From: an uncultured delta proteobacterium | GTDB lineage: Bacteria > Desulfobacterota > Binatia > UBA9968 | Assembly (NCBI GenBank): GCA_963728565.1 | Contig: CAVSLC010000011.1 | Coordinates: forward strand, 32,001-96,000 | Length of the DNA: 64,000 nucleotides | Direction of reading: 5' to 3' | Shown: piece by piece, positions 22,406-33,129 of the stretch | Layout: each line of letters opens with the position of its first letter | Position numbering within the stretch: the first letter of the stretch is position 1 | Program-made: the position numbers and the translations under genes | Notes under the pieces: model-generated | Told to the model about the DNA's origin: nothing | The model's input: only the letters and a program-made list of their open reading frames with translations | The model's database searches: none

Positions 22406-22651
22406 ATGGCTCTCCTAGTTTATCACCACCATACAATCGTCAGTACGCCTATCTACGATGACGAGACCGGAAAATGGAAATGCGTTGCTTCGATTAGCTG
22501 GGCGCAAAGTAAAGGGCTCCCTCGCCAGCTGCATTCCATCCAGAATTGCTTTGAACCATTCTCGCGCTATGAGGACGCCGAAAACGCCGGACTGGAAGCG
22601 GCAAAAAACTGGGTTGAGAGCAGGGGCAGCAAACAGTTGCAAGTTAGTTGA
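22406..22651 (+). CDS. Small hypothetical protein
   Basis: AAGGGG RBS; globular-looking 81-aa sequence (GKWKCVASISW..EAAKNWVE). Confidence 0.6.
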   Translation: MALLVYHHHTIVSTPIYDDETGKWKCVASISWAQSKGLPRQLHSIQNCFEPFSRYEDAENAGLEAAKNWVESRGSKQLQVS

Positions 22652-23323
22652 CGGGTCCGTTCAGGGAGCGGCGCGAATTTGGCGAAACCACTCGGCATTT
22701 CTACTGCCCTCTAATTCTTCTCCGACTTCACAAAATTTCAAACAGCCGGGTTGTTGTAGCCGAGTCCCATGGTCGTTGGGTTTTGGTTTTGCGTTTCAAC
22801 CATCCAAAAGGAACGGTCGCGAAGCGCGTTTCTTTCGCATCGATGGAGAGATCGATCTCGGGGAAAGTTCCTGTAAGGTCATTCACTTTTACCCGGCGAC
22901 GTGGGCCAGTTTGCGCTTACTAAAATCAATAAATTTGGCTGCATCCTATAGACCCGGATTCCGCAGTTAAAACGGTCGAGCGTTCACGCCGGGCGGAATC
23001 CTGGAGTAACGAAGGCGTCCGACACTTAAATTTCAAAGTCATTCTACGCCGTGAACTTCATCGCTATCAGGCTGCAACACGCTCGCAATCATTGTCTGCT
23101 TAGAGGCACTAACCCATCGACTTCGTTACGGAAGGATTTCGCCTCGCGTTCTCTGTCAAACTCAACTGCGGAATCCGGGATAAACAACGATGCTAATTCT
23201 AGTAAAAAACTTTCATGTCGACTTGTTCTTTTGAAAGCTTGACGCTCTTTTCGTCTAACAAAACATCGAATAAGATCGGCTCTTAAGGTGGAGTGTAGTC
23301 CGATTATTTCTAGAGGAGTTGCG

Positions 23324-25018
23324 ATGAGCTTCAATTCATCGACCTACGTAAATTTCGTTTCCGCAGCGAGTGCCGCACAGGAGAGGCTTTTTCTGCAGTA
23401 TCTGGGACATCGATCCGACTTCGACATCATTATCATCGGTTCGGGAATCGGCGGTGGCGTGCTGGGCGACGACCTTGCAGAGCGCTTGGGCAAGCAGAAG
23501 CGAATCCTGGTCCTGGAAGCCGGATCGTTTCTGTATCCAACCCACGTCTATAACGTCTGTCGTTTTCCCAACGCGAGTCTAGCCAAGCATTTCGGCTGCG
23601 GTACCTTCTGGCAGGCCGGGAACGAACAATCACAAAACTACATCGGCGAGCAACCGCAACTCAATTTCGGTGGCCGTTCGATTTTCTGGTCCGGCCTGAT
23701 CCCGTCGATTCAGGGATGGGAGCTCGAATTCTTTCCTGATCGCGTAAGACAGGATCTACAGAGCGGACTGCTTGCGAGAGCAGGCGAGACGATGAACGAA
23801 TCGCGATCGATGGGGGCCACGGCGCAGGCGGTCGTCAGCAAGCTGCGCCAGAGTCCGTTGGCGCAGGACTTTTCGATTCAGGAAACGCCGCGCGCCCTGC
23901 ACCAGCCTTATCTGACGGCGGAGGGCGTTCCCAGCGATCAGTTTTTTACCGAACCGACCGGTGTATTCAACACCGCCGAGCTGCTCATCAATCAGGCGGG
24001 GCTGACACCGGGTGTAAACCATGGCGATGGTCCGGGACTCCAGCTTCTACTGAATCATTTCGTCGAGGATGTGCAGAATGCCGATGGCAATCGTTTCGAG
24101 CTTGTGACGCGCAATACCCTGACCGGCCAGATACGAAATTTCAACGCCGGCACAGTGGTGCTGGCCGGTGGCTCCATCGAGAGTCCGAAGCTGTTGCGCC
24201 GCTCGAGCCTGTTTCCCTGGCTGCCCGATGGCGTGAAAAGTCTGGTTGGGCGCGGCCTCACAGACCACCCGACCAGCAATGAGATTACCACGTTCGTGAC
24301 TAACATCGGCAACGTGCCGATACCGAAGGATTCGCATGCCAAAATTGTCTTCTACTCGCGCGGTTTGCGCGATTCGCAGAACCAGATTCGGTATCCGTTC
24401 AATGTCGAGATGAACATCAACCACGAATACTGGCATCTCCGCGAGAATGATCCGAAGGAGAGGGATTCAGGCGGTGCGACGTCCAACGGTAACAGCGGCG
24501 CCTCCAGAGTCGATATCAAGTTCAGCTTCGGCAACTGTCTCGATAACATCAACGAGGTTCTACCGGCTCCTCCGTTCGGGTATGTGCCCCAAGTGAATTT
24601 CCGAAACTTGAAATGGATGGATCATCTGGCGCAATCGCGCTTCCCGGCGGTTGCGGGTTGGCAGAAAAGCTATGATGAAATTTTTGCGGTGCTCAATCAG
24701 GTGACGTACCAGATTTTCTCGCAATTTCAGCAAGACGGGCATGAAGCCCGGCCGCTTAACGAGAGCTGGTATGGCATGGACGGCAAAGGCTTCGGGTGGG
24801 GCACGGTGCACCACGCGGCCGGTAGCCTCCGCATGCCGCACCGGACGAGGTATGACGGGCCCATCGAGTCGCAATCAGTTGTGGATGAGGATTTGCGAGT
24901 TGTCGGCACACAGCATCTTTATGTCTGCGATATGTCGGTGATGCCGTTCAGTTCGGCAGCGAATCCGGTGCGAACACTGGTTGCGCTCGCTCTGCGGTTA
25001 TCCAATCATTTTGGATAG
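23324..25018 (+). CDS. GMC family oxidoreductase
   Basis: GSGIGG FAD motif, GGRSIFWSG, GGSIESPKLL, HHAAGSLRM and AANPVRT. Confidence 0.9.
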   Translation: MSFNSSTYVNFVSAASAAQERLFLQYLGHRSDFDIIIIGSGIGGGVLGDDLAERLGKQKRILVLEAGSFLYPTHVYNVCRFPNASLAKHFGCGTFWQAGNEQSQNYIGEQPQLNFGGRSIFWSGLIPSIQGWELEFFPDRVRQDLQSGLLARAGETMNESRSMGATAQAVVSKLRQSPLAQDFSIQETPRALHQPYLTAEGVPSDQFFTEPTGVFNTAELLINQAGLTPGVNHGDGPGLQLLLNHFVEDVQNADGNRFELVTRNTLTGQIRNFNAGTVVLAGGSIESPKLLRRSSLFPWLPDGVKSLVGRGLTDHPTSNEITTFVTNIGNVPIPKDSHAKIVFYSRGLRDSQNQIRYPFNVEMNINHEYWHLRENDPKERDSGGATSNGNSGASRVDIKFSFGNCLDNINEVLPAPPFGYVPQVNFRNLKWMDHLAQSRFPAVAGWQKSYDEIFAVLNQVTYQIFSQFQQDGHEARPLNESWYGMDGKGFGWGTVHHAAGSLRMPHRTRYDGPIESQSVVDEDLRVVGTQHLYVCDMSVMPFSSAANPVRTLVALALRLSNHFG

Positions 25019-25090
25019 TGAGTCTCACGTTAAGGTCTGGTGAGAATTCATCCTTACTGAATTGGTTTGGTAAGGTGAATTGGATGAATA

Positions 25091-26138
25091 CTATGTTGCT
25101 AGCAATAGATATCGATTGTCGTCGTGACTTAACTTTGTGCCGAACGTGGAAGACAGCCGAGCGACGTTGTCCATAATTGCCGCTGATCCTGGTTGGTCAG
25201 GTCCTAATAAAGCAGGCTGCTCTTTTTCGTTGAGCGCGCTTGGAATGGCAGCAACTGTCGATATCTTATGATTGCGTAACTCTGCGACGACGACCAGACC
25301 ATTTCGATATCCCCGAGCCGGTTTAAAATCCGATCCGAAGATAAAATTACCCAAACTATAAAAGATCGGTTTCCCTTTGTAAATTTCGACGGCTTGGATG
25401 ACGTGCGGGTGGCTTCCGACCACCAGATCGGCGCCGGCGTCGACAGCCGACCGTCCCAAGGTGGTCTGATACTGGCAGACTTCGTACTGCCCTGAAACTC
25501 CCCAATGGAAATAGACGATCACGACGTCCACTTTTTTGCGGAGTTCGATGATGTCGTTCCTGACTTCCTGGAGCTGCTTTTCATCGGGATGGGTCAGCGT
25601 CGTCGCAGGCGCGCCGGGCATCTCAAAAAGTCGCCGATGGGGCTCATACGAAGTATAAACTTTCACACTCGCAACGCCTGCTTTGCTTTCAGTCGCCGCC
25701 TGTCCGACCGGCCAAAATACCGACGTATAGGAAAGCAGACCGAACGTTGTATCCTTCGCTCCGAATATCGCGGGGCGCCGCGCTTCCCGTACGTTCATCC
25801 CGGCGCCGGCATGGCCGATGTTGTATTTCTCGAGTAAAGACAGAGACTGTTTGATTGCATCGTCTCCGAAATGAACGTTGTTGGCGCAAGCGGCGGCGTT
25901 GATTTTGAGTTCAGCGAGCACCTTAACAAAGTCTCGATTGCAATGGCGCCAACCCGGCTTATGCTGAAGCAATACGTCGGGATCGAAAAGACAGCCTTCC
26001 AGATTGCAGATTTTCACATCGAAAGCGTCGAAATCTTCCCTCACTCAGATCCAGCACGTTCGCTGGTTCGATTGGGCTGCCGAGATTAATGTCTCCCACT
26101 AATGCCAGCGACAAATCGCGCCGCGTGTCACTCGCCAT
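25091..26138 (-). CDS. CapA family (poly-gamma-glutamate synthesis-like) metallophosphatase, frameshift near 26045
   Basis: LVGDINL, NLEG, ANNVH, FHWG, GSHPHV and YSLGNF motifs. Confidence 0.87.
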
Positions 26139-26358
26139 TTCTTTGCTCCTCGTTGGTACGTTTAACTTAGTGTTAAGCAAATGTCTATTTAGCTTGGCGC
26201 GAACGGGAGTTGTCGCACTCCGCCGCTTCATGTGAGCCGCTATTGTGAGCGCCGCCCGGTTAGGATTGTGAGCACCCTGAAAATGGGATATGAGTTTTCT
26301 GCGTTTATCACTTGCCCGCCGATTCGATACCAGCATTCAATATAGAGGAGAGCGCTTT

Positions 26359-27738
26359 ATGAACGAGACGAGCGACCTGGCCAAATGGATGGTGGGGTTG
26401 AAATGGGTAGACATTCCCCGCGAAGTCATCGACTATTCGAAAATTCTTGTTCTCGATACCATGGGCTGCATGTTAGGCGGATCGATTCAGGATAGTAACA
26501 AAGCTGCGCTTCGTTATACTCGCGCCATGGGTGGCTCGCCCGATTCAACGGTGGTCAATTATGGAGACCGAACCAACCCTTTTAACGCCGCCTTTATAAA
26601 TGCTTCCTTCGGCCACGGTTGGGACTTCGACGACATGATCAATGCCGGCGCGGGGCATGCCGTGAGCGCTTGTACGGCCGCGACGATGGCGTTGGCGGAA
26701 AAAGAAATCATTAGCGGGAGAGAGTTTCTCGAGGCTTGGATCACGGGTTACGAAGTCTCCAATCGTATCGGCGCCGCCACAAAGCCGGGGCACTTGAAAC
26801 GGGGTTTTCACGAGGTCGGGACGATCGGTCCCTTCGCTGGAAGCGCTGCCGCAAGTAAAATTTTGCGGTTGAACAAATGGCAAAGCGAGAATGCGATTGG
26901 GATTACCGTGAGCCAGGCGGCTGGAACCTTCCAGCACAGCCAGACCACCGGCGGCGCGATCAAGAGGTGTCATGCCGGCTTTGCGGCGGCGAGCGGAGTT
27001 CGATCGGCGTTGTTAGCAAAGGAAGGAATGACGGCTGCAAGGGAAGCTCTTGAAGGCAAGAAGGGCTTTGTCTTGTGCCACTCCGGGGACGAGAATGACA
27101 TGGATGCGATTACGCGAGACCTGGGTAAGGAGTGGTATACGACCAAAGCGGCTATGAAACCATACTCGTGTTGCGCGGGGCAGTACGGCATGCTCGACAT
27201 TATCTATAAGATGAAGGGGAAATACGATCTCAAGCCGGAAAATATTGAACGCATCAAGCTCTGGGGCAGCATCCGAAATATGTGGATGGTAGGCACGATC
27301 AAAGGTGAAGAGGTCAAGGATATCTTCGGCGCGCAGTTCAGCGCCAGATTCGGCGTGGGTCTGGCGTTGGTCGTGGGAGAAAACCGGATCAAAGCTTATC
27401 ACCAGAATATTCCGCCTTTTGGCAAATGGGCAGAAGTTGTCGAACTGGCTAAAAAAGTGGACGTGTACAACGACGACGAGATTCCGGAACGCGGCCCCAT
27501 CTTCGGTTATGCGAAATGCGAAATCCAATTAAAAGACGGTCGCACGTTGAAGGGCGAGTCGGGATCGCCCATGGGTTTTCCGGGTAACCCGATGCAACGG
27601 GAAGAGCGCCTGGAAAAGTTTTACGGTCAGGCGTTGCTAGTCCAGACTAAAGAAAAGGCCGACAGGATTGTCGAACTGGTTGAGAATCTCGAAAACCTAG
27701 AGGATATCCGGCCGATCGTCAGAAATATGATTTGCTAG
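26359..27738 (+). CDS. MmgE/PrpD family protein
   Basis: HGWDFDD, GYEV, RGFH, KRCHAG, KPYSCC and PMGFPGNP motifs. Confidence 0.92.
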   Translation: MNETSDLAKWMVGLKWVDIPREVIDYSKILVLDTMGCMLGGSIQDSNKAALRYTRAMGGSPDSTVVNYGDRTNPFNAAFINASFGHGWDFDDMINAGAGHAVSACTAATMALAEKEIISGREFLEAWITGYEVSNRIGAATKPGHLKRGFHEVGTIGPFAGSAAASKILRLNKWQSENAIGITVSQAAGTFQHSQTTGGAIKRCHAGFAAASGVRSALLAKEGMTAAREALEGKKGFVLCHSGDENDMDAITRDLGKEWYTTKAAMKPYSCCAGQYGMLDIIYKMKGKYDLKPENIERIKLWGSIRNMWMVGTIKGEEVKDIFGAQFSARFGVGLALVVGENRIKAYHQNIPPFGKWAEVVELAKKVDVYNDDEIPERGPIFGYAKCEIQLKDGRTLKGESGSPMGFPGNPMQREERLEKFYGQALLVQTKEKADRIVELVENLENLEDIRPIVRNMIC

Positions 27739-27760
27739 ATTGGTTACGGTCGAGAGCGAC

Positions 27761-28701
27761 ATGAGCGAAGGATCCGAGTTCGACATTGTTATCATCGGCG
27801 GAGGAGTCGCTGGTCTTAGCGCTGCATTGTTCGCGGCGCGCTTCGGACATTCGACAATGGTCATTGAGCGCTTTTCGCCCGGCGGTCATTTGGTGAACGT
27901 CGAGAGCATCGAGGACTTTCCGGGTTTCCGAACGGCGTGCCGGGGTATGAGCTCGTTCCACTAATGCAAGAGCAAGCCGCTAAATATGGTGCTGAGTTTC
28001 AAATGGCCGAGGTCGAAAGCATTGAGGCGGTGGAATCGTACTGGCAAGTGAACACCGCTGAAGGCATCTGTCACGCCAAAGCGGTGATCGTCGCAACCGG
28101 GTCTCATCCAAAGGATCTGGGCGTGCCGCGTGAGAGCGCACTGCGTGGGCAAGGGGTTTCTAATTGCGCCAGTTGCGACGGACCTCTGTTTACCGATCAA
28201 GTGGTCGGAGTTGTCGGCGGAGGGAGCTACGCCCTGCAGGAAGCGTTAACCTTGGTAAACCACGCCTCTCAAGTGATCTTGTTTCACGATCAAAGAACGC
28301 TCTCCGCTCCGCAGACTCTCCAGCAAAGAGTGCTCAGCCATCCTAAAGTAGCCGCGCGCTACAATACGACGGTGGAAGAGATCCAGGGAGATGATGCAGT
28401 TACGGGTGCCGCGGTTCGCGATACCCTCACCGGAGAAAAATCTCAGGTTCAGCTCGCTGGTATGTTCATATATGCAGGCTTGGAGCCAAACACGGACTTT
28501 TTGAAAAACCTTCTGCGGCTGGATCACGATAATCGGGTGCCAACTGATGGCTGGATGCGGACTGAACTCCCCGGTCTGTTCGCGGCAGGAGATTTACGAA
28601 CGGACTCCGCGGGGCTGGCGATTACCTCAGCTGGTGATGGTGCAGCCGCGGCTATAGGAGCTCACGGATACCTCAAAGACCGGGTATGGAGACAAAAGTA
28701 G
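27761..28701 (+). CDS. trxB: Thioredoxin-disulfide reductase (frameshift near 27935)
   Basis: GGGVAG, IEDFPGF, GVSNCASCDG (CxxC), VVGGG and GLFAAGD motifs. Confidence 0.88.
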
Positions 28702-28814
28702 CACCTGGGGACTGCGGCACGACGCACGATATCTCCATGTAAATTTCGTCTAAAAATGAGATAGATGTATCATGCTTTTTAGCAGAGCGTATAAAAAAGG
28801 GAGGGCAGCAACCT

Positions 28815-29390
28815 ATGAATGGCTTCATTGTATTAGATCCTGTGGGCATTCCTCAGAAGGGTACCAGGAAGCCGCTGAAAGGCGTGGGAAATCTTGAGGG
28901 CAAGAGGATTGGTTTTATTTGGGGGATGCATGAGCTCTCCACTAAGTTTTGGCCAGTTTTAGAAGAGGAGATAGTTGGCGCGCTCAAGCCCCGCGAGGTT
29001 CACCGAGTGCATAAGAATGACAAAACTGATGGAAGAGCTAAGGGCAATACCTGGATCCCGGCGCCATTGCGAATAATCGAGGAAGCCGCATCAAAGGTCG
29101 ACTATGCGGTTCTAGGTGTCGGGGCTTGAGGGTCCTGCACATCTGCCGCCGTGCGTGACACGGTAAATATGGTAAAGCTCGGGATTCCATCAGTTGTATT
29201 TGTCCACGAACCTTTCGAGAGACTCGCCAGAGCTCAGATGAGACAACTCGGAATAGAAGATTCAAAACCCTTTGTGATCGTCTATCCAGTCGATCGACCG
29301 TCCGCCGATTCCCAGGAGACAGTGCGTAAAAAAGCAAAAGAACAACTCCAGCGCATACCTGATTTGCTCAAGGTCCAACAGTGGCGGTGA
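28815..29390 (+). CDS. UGSC-family selenoprotein (Sec at TGA 29127-29129), 191 aa
   Basis: ORFs 28815-29129 and 29151-29390 share one frame separated only by TGA in VLGVGA-U-GSCT (UxxC); SECIS-like hairpin follows. Confidence 0.87.
29148..29164 (+). promoter_or_regulatory. Putative bacterial SECIS stem-loop
   Basis: GCCGTG-CGTGA-CACGGT; loop starts 25 nt after UGA with G at loop position 2. Confidence 0.6.
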
Positions 29391-29502
29391 CTGGTAACCG
29401 CTGTCGATGGCGACGAAGCTGCTCATGTAGTGAACGAATTGGATCGACAGAGAGGCTTCATCGGTGCTGAGCGCCGGGGTCGCATGACAAAGGAGTAGAA
29501 TC

Positions 29503-30596
29503 ATGAGCCTGCAAAATTACAAATTGACTTCGCAGCAGTACCAAGTCGAGGATATTGATGCGTTCGCAGATCTGGCCTATGAGAAGGGCTGGACCAATGG
29601 ATGCCCGTGTTCCCTCCGACACTCAAGAAAGTGACGGCGATCATCGACTATTTGAAACGGCCACCTGACGAGGCGCTCGGCATCGTTTCTCCTGGCGAAG
29701 GAGTCGCGACGATCGAGAAGATCGCAATCAATTGTGCGATGGCCGGCTGCAAGCCGGAATATGTTCCGGTGGTGCTTGCCGCCATGGAAGCGATACTGGA
29801 CCCGAATTTTCATATTTTGAGTGCCCAATGCAGTACATTCGGTGGTCTCGCCCCTGGCTATTATTAGCGGACCTGTGGTCAAGAAGCTTGGCTTTAACCA
29901 TTCCGAGGGAGCCCTCGGTGGTTCGGGTCATCGGGTAAACGCCACCATTGGCCGGGCGATCCGCTTGATCCTGTGGAACATCGGTCAGGGCAAGCCGGGA
30001 GAACTTTCGAAAACGGTGTACGGTGGACCGGCGCGCTGGCATTCATTGATCGCCGAGCGGCCGAGAGAAGAAGGGAATCCCTGGGACGAGTTCCACGTCG
30101 ATTACGCCGGGCTAAATGCTCAGGATAGCGCTGTGTCGATGCTAGGCGCCAATGGCAAGGTTGTATCGTGCGGCTTTGCAGCCTCATCGATCGACAATAA
30201 CATCTCGACAATAGCAAACGACATCAAGGGAGACGGCGTAGCGGCCGCTCCGCATGTCTTCGTGCTGAATCCGCAGGGAGCTAAAATTTTAGCGGATGCG
30301 GGCTGGAGCAAGGAGCGTTTCCGGGATGCAGTTTATGAGCAATGCTATGTTCAGGTGAGAGATATCAAAAAAGTAGCTAGCCAGGCTTCACCGACTAGCG
30401 TCTACTACTGGATGAAGAGGATCAGTCCGGATAATGACGATGCGAAACTCTTTCCATCGCCGAGCCCAGCCATTTGAAAATCTTGGTATCGGGAGGCTTT
30501 GGCGGCAGTCATGTGTGCTATCATTTCAGAGGCAGTACGCATTCGCTAACCGGCTCGGGCTTAGTTACAAAAAAGATCAACTGGAATTGGGACTAA
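29503..30596 (+). CDS. UGSC-associated uncharacterised protein (frameshifts near 29600, 29840 and 30470)
   Basis: AGGAG RBS; GWTNG.PVFPPT..ATIEKIAINCAMAGCKPEYVPVV..NATIGRAIRL motifs, as in proteins usually encoded next to UGSC genes. Confidence 0.78.
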
Positions 30597-30651
30597 TGCA
30601 GAGAGCTTGAGTTACAGAAACAAAATCTTTATTGCATCGCAGGGGATTACA

Positions 30652-31700
30652 ATGGAAAAAGTTTCATTCTCAACGGCTTGTGTCGTTGGGTCCTGTTTCG
30701 GTATGCTTCCTTGGCTTTAATACTTCCCTTCACGCTCAAACAGACTCTTACTACAAAGGCAAAACTGTCACGATCGTAGTGGGCGTCTCTCCCGGCGGCG
30801 CCTATGATGTGTGGGCGCGGCTAATCGCGCCGCACCTAAGCAAACACATCCCGGCAATCGCAGGTCATCGTTCAAAATATGCCGGCGCCGGGAGTCAGTC
30901 GCCGCCAACTACGTTCACAACGTTGCCAAGCCTGATGGTTTGACCATGGTGATGCCGGCCAACCGATTGTATATCAATCAAATCGTCGGCCGCCCAGAGG
31001 TCAAGTACGATGTGCGAAAATTCGCATGGATCGGCAACCCGCAGAGATATTACACGGTGATCTATATGCGCGCCGACGCGCCATATAAGTCCATAGCGGA
31101 CATCATCAGCGCAAAAGACCAGCCAAATGCGGTGCGCCTGGGACAAACAGCGCCGGCTACACTCTTTCGCAACTCCTCGAAGAAGCTATAGGAGCCAAGT
31201 TCGAATTTGTGTTGGGGTATCCCGGCGCTAGTGAAATCGACTTGGCAGTTGAAAGAGGAGAAGTCATTTGCCGCGGTCACGATATCATCAATCACTTCAG
31301 TGGAAGCACTTATAGGGCTTGGCACGAAAGAGGGTTTGACCGCCACATCGTTCAAGACTCACCAAAAGAGACCCAAAACTGCCGGATACACCGACCATTT
31401 ATGAGCTCATGGATAAATACAAAACATCTCAGATCGCTCGCAATGTCACCGAGTTCATTTCAGCAAGCGCTGAATTTGGCCGGCCGATGCTGACCTCGCC
31501 AGGAACTCCGGTGGACCGAGTAAAAACATTACGCGAAGCTTACGCTAAGACGATGCAAGATCCGGGATTCATCGCGCAGACGAATAAATCAAAGTTGGTA
31601 TTGCAACTCTACCGGAGAAGAGTTACAGGCGTTGGTAGAACGGATCATGAACCAACCCACGGAGGTCATTGAGCGCGTAAAGAAAATATTAAACGAATAG
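30652..31700 (+). CDS. TctC/Bug tripartite tricarboxylate transporter substrate-binding protein (multiple frameshifts)
   Basis: YYKGKTVTIVVGVSPGGAYD, AKPDGLT, GYPGASEIDLAVERGE and FGRPMLTSPGTP motifs. Confidence 0.82.
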
Positions 31701-31914
31701 AGCTGCTGAATGACCGATTGGTTATTTCCACTTCACCCCGGCGCTGCGCCCTTAACGCGTAAATGCAATTCTGCTTACGAAGTGGTCTGGTTCCGTACCA
31801 TTTACGCCCCGCCGTCATACAGGTTAGGGCAATCAACGCAGCGGTGAAGATTGGATCCTAAGACTCGCAGCAAGCTGAAGCGGGCACTCCCGCTGGTCGA
31901 CTTCGCAAAAGGAC

Positions 31915-32245
31915 TCACTCCGACTTAGGCGCAGGTGCTTTCTGCACCTGAAGGTCGTTGATTATTTTCTCTACCCCTTCGACTAACGAAGCGATGTCTT
32001 CCGCCCTCCTTTTTTCAAACTCCGATCCAACCAGCCCGTTTAAGGAAACGACGGCATTGACCGTGTCCACATCAATGCGAGTGAAATTCGAAGCTTTCTG
32101 CAACAAGCCTCGCCTTGACTGATGCCGTGATCGTCAGATCATCGATATTGCGGCCAGCGGTTCTTCCGGTCATTGCCTGGCAAGCAGAGAGCAAAAAGGA
32201 TAAGGAGTGCCGCTGCGACTTTATCGTCGGTATCATAGGGTACAT
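31915..32245 (-). CDS. BON-domain (OsmY-like) lipoprotein, frameshifted
   Basis: LSACQAMTGRTAGRNIDDLTITASVKARL plus TRIDVDTVNAVVSLNGLV..VEGVEKIINDLQV. Confidence 0.78.
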
Positions 32246-32601
32246 TCCTCTCTGCGGGAGGAGCGAACAGTTAATATTAGCAGTTGATCCTATTCGCTCA
32301 AAGGTAATCCGTCGATTTGCATCAAAGCCAGATATCGACGGCTTGCTCCCAACCTTACGTAGATATAGATGTCGGTGCGATTGTTTTAGCTCTCATCGAA
32401 ATGGGCGAATTACGCCAGCCAGGATCTTCGAAATTTAAGGTAGCTCTCCTAGCGAACCGTGTCATCAAAGCTGCGTAAAAATATGCGCTACATGGGCATG
32501 CATTGTGCGGTTGCAGATGCCTTCGATATCAACTAGGGAGGATCTATAAAGAGATTCTTACGGCCCAAGAGCGAAACATGTGTGCGTTCAAGGAGGCCAG
32601 T

Positions 32602-33000
32602 ATGTCACAGGAGAATATGACGGTGATTCGCGGCATGTACGAGTCCTTCAGCACGGGAGACGTTACCTCAGTTCTTGGCCAAATGCATCAGCATATCGAG
32701 TGGTGCGAGGCGGAAAACTTCATCTACGCCGATCGTAGTCCTTACCGCGGCCCACAGGCGGTGCTCGAAGGAGTTTTCATGAGACTGGCTTCGGAATGGG
32801 CGGATTTCAAGGTGATGCCGGAAGAGTGGCTGGATGCCGGGAACCACATCGTGGTGCTCGGCACTTACAGCGGCAGGCACAAAGAAAGCGGTAAAGAAGT
32901 CCGCGCGCAGTTCGCCCATATCTGGGGCGTGACCCACGGCAGAGTCGTGCGATTCCAACAGTATACCGATACCAAGCAATTTGCCGATGCCATTGCTTAG
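32602..33000 (+). CDS. SnoaL-like / NTF2 family protein
   Basis: AGGAGG RBS; MSQENMTVIRGMYESF..FAHIW..RFQQYTDT. Confidence 0.87.
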   Translation: MSQENMTVIRGMYESFSTGDVTSVLGQMHQHIEWCEAENFIYADRSPYRGPQAVLEGVFMRLASEWADFKVMPEEWLDAGNHIVVLGTYSGRHKESGKEVRAQFAHIWGVTHGRVVRFQQYTDTKQFADAIA

Positions 33001-33129
33001 CTCGGATGATTGCAGCACTAGACCAGGAGACGAGCGCCTCTGGTCGAAGAACTTCGGCATGCTACATAACGCCATGGCCATGCGCATTGGATTTCAAGGA
33101 CCCGCTTGTAGAGCAAATACAATCGGCGG

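Noticed and set aside
3736-32510. Weaker GG-N10-GC matches near 3736, 13480 and 32494
   Set aside because: They deviate from TGGCAC..TTGC at key positions and are expected by chance
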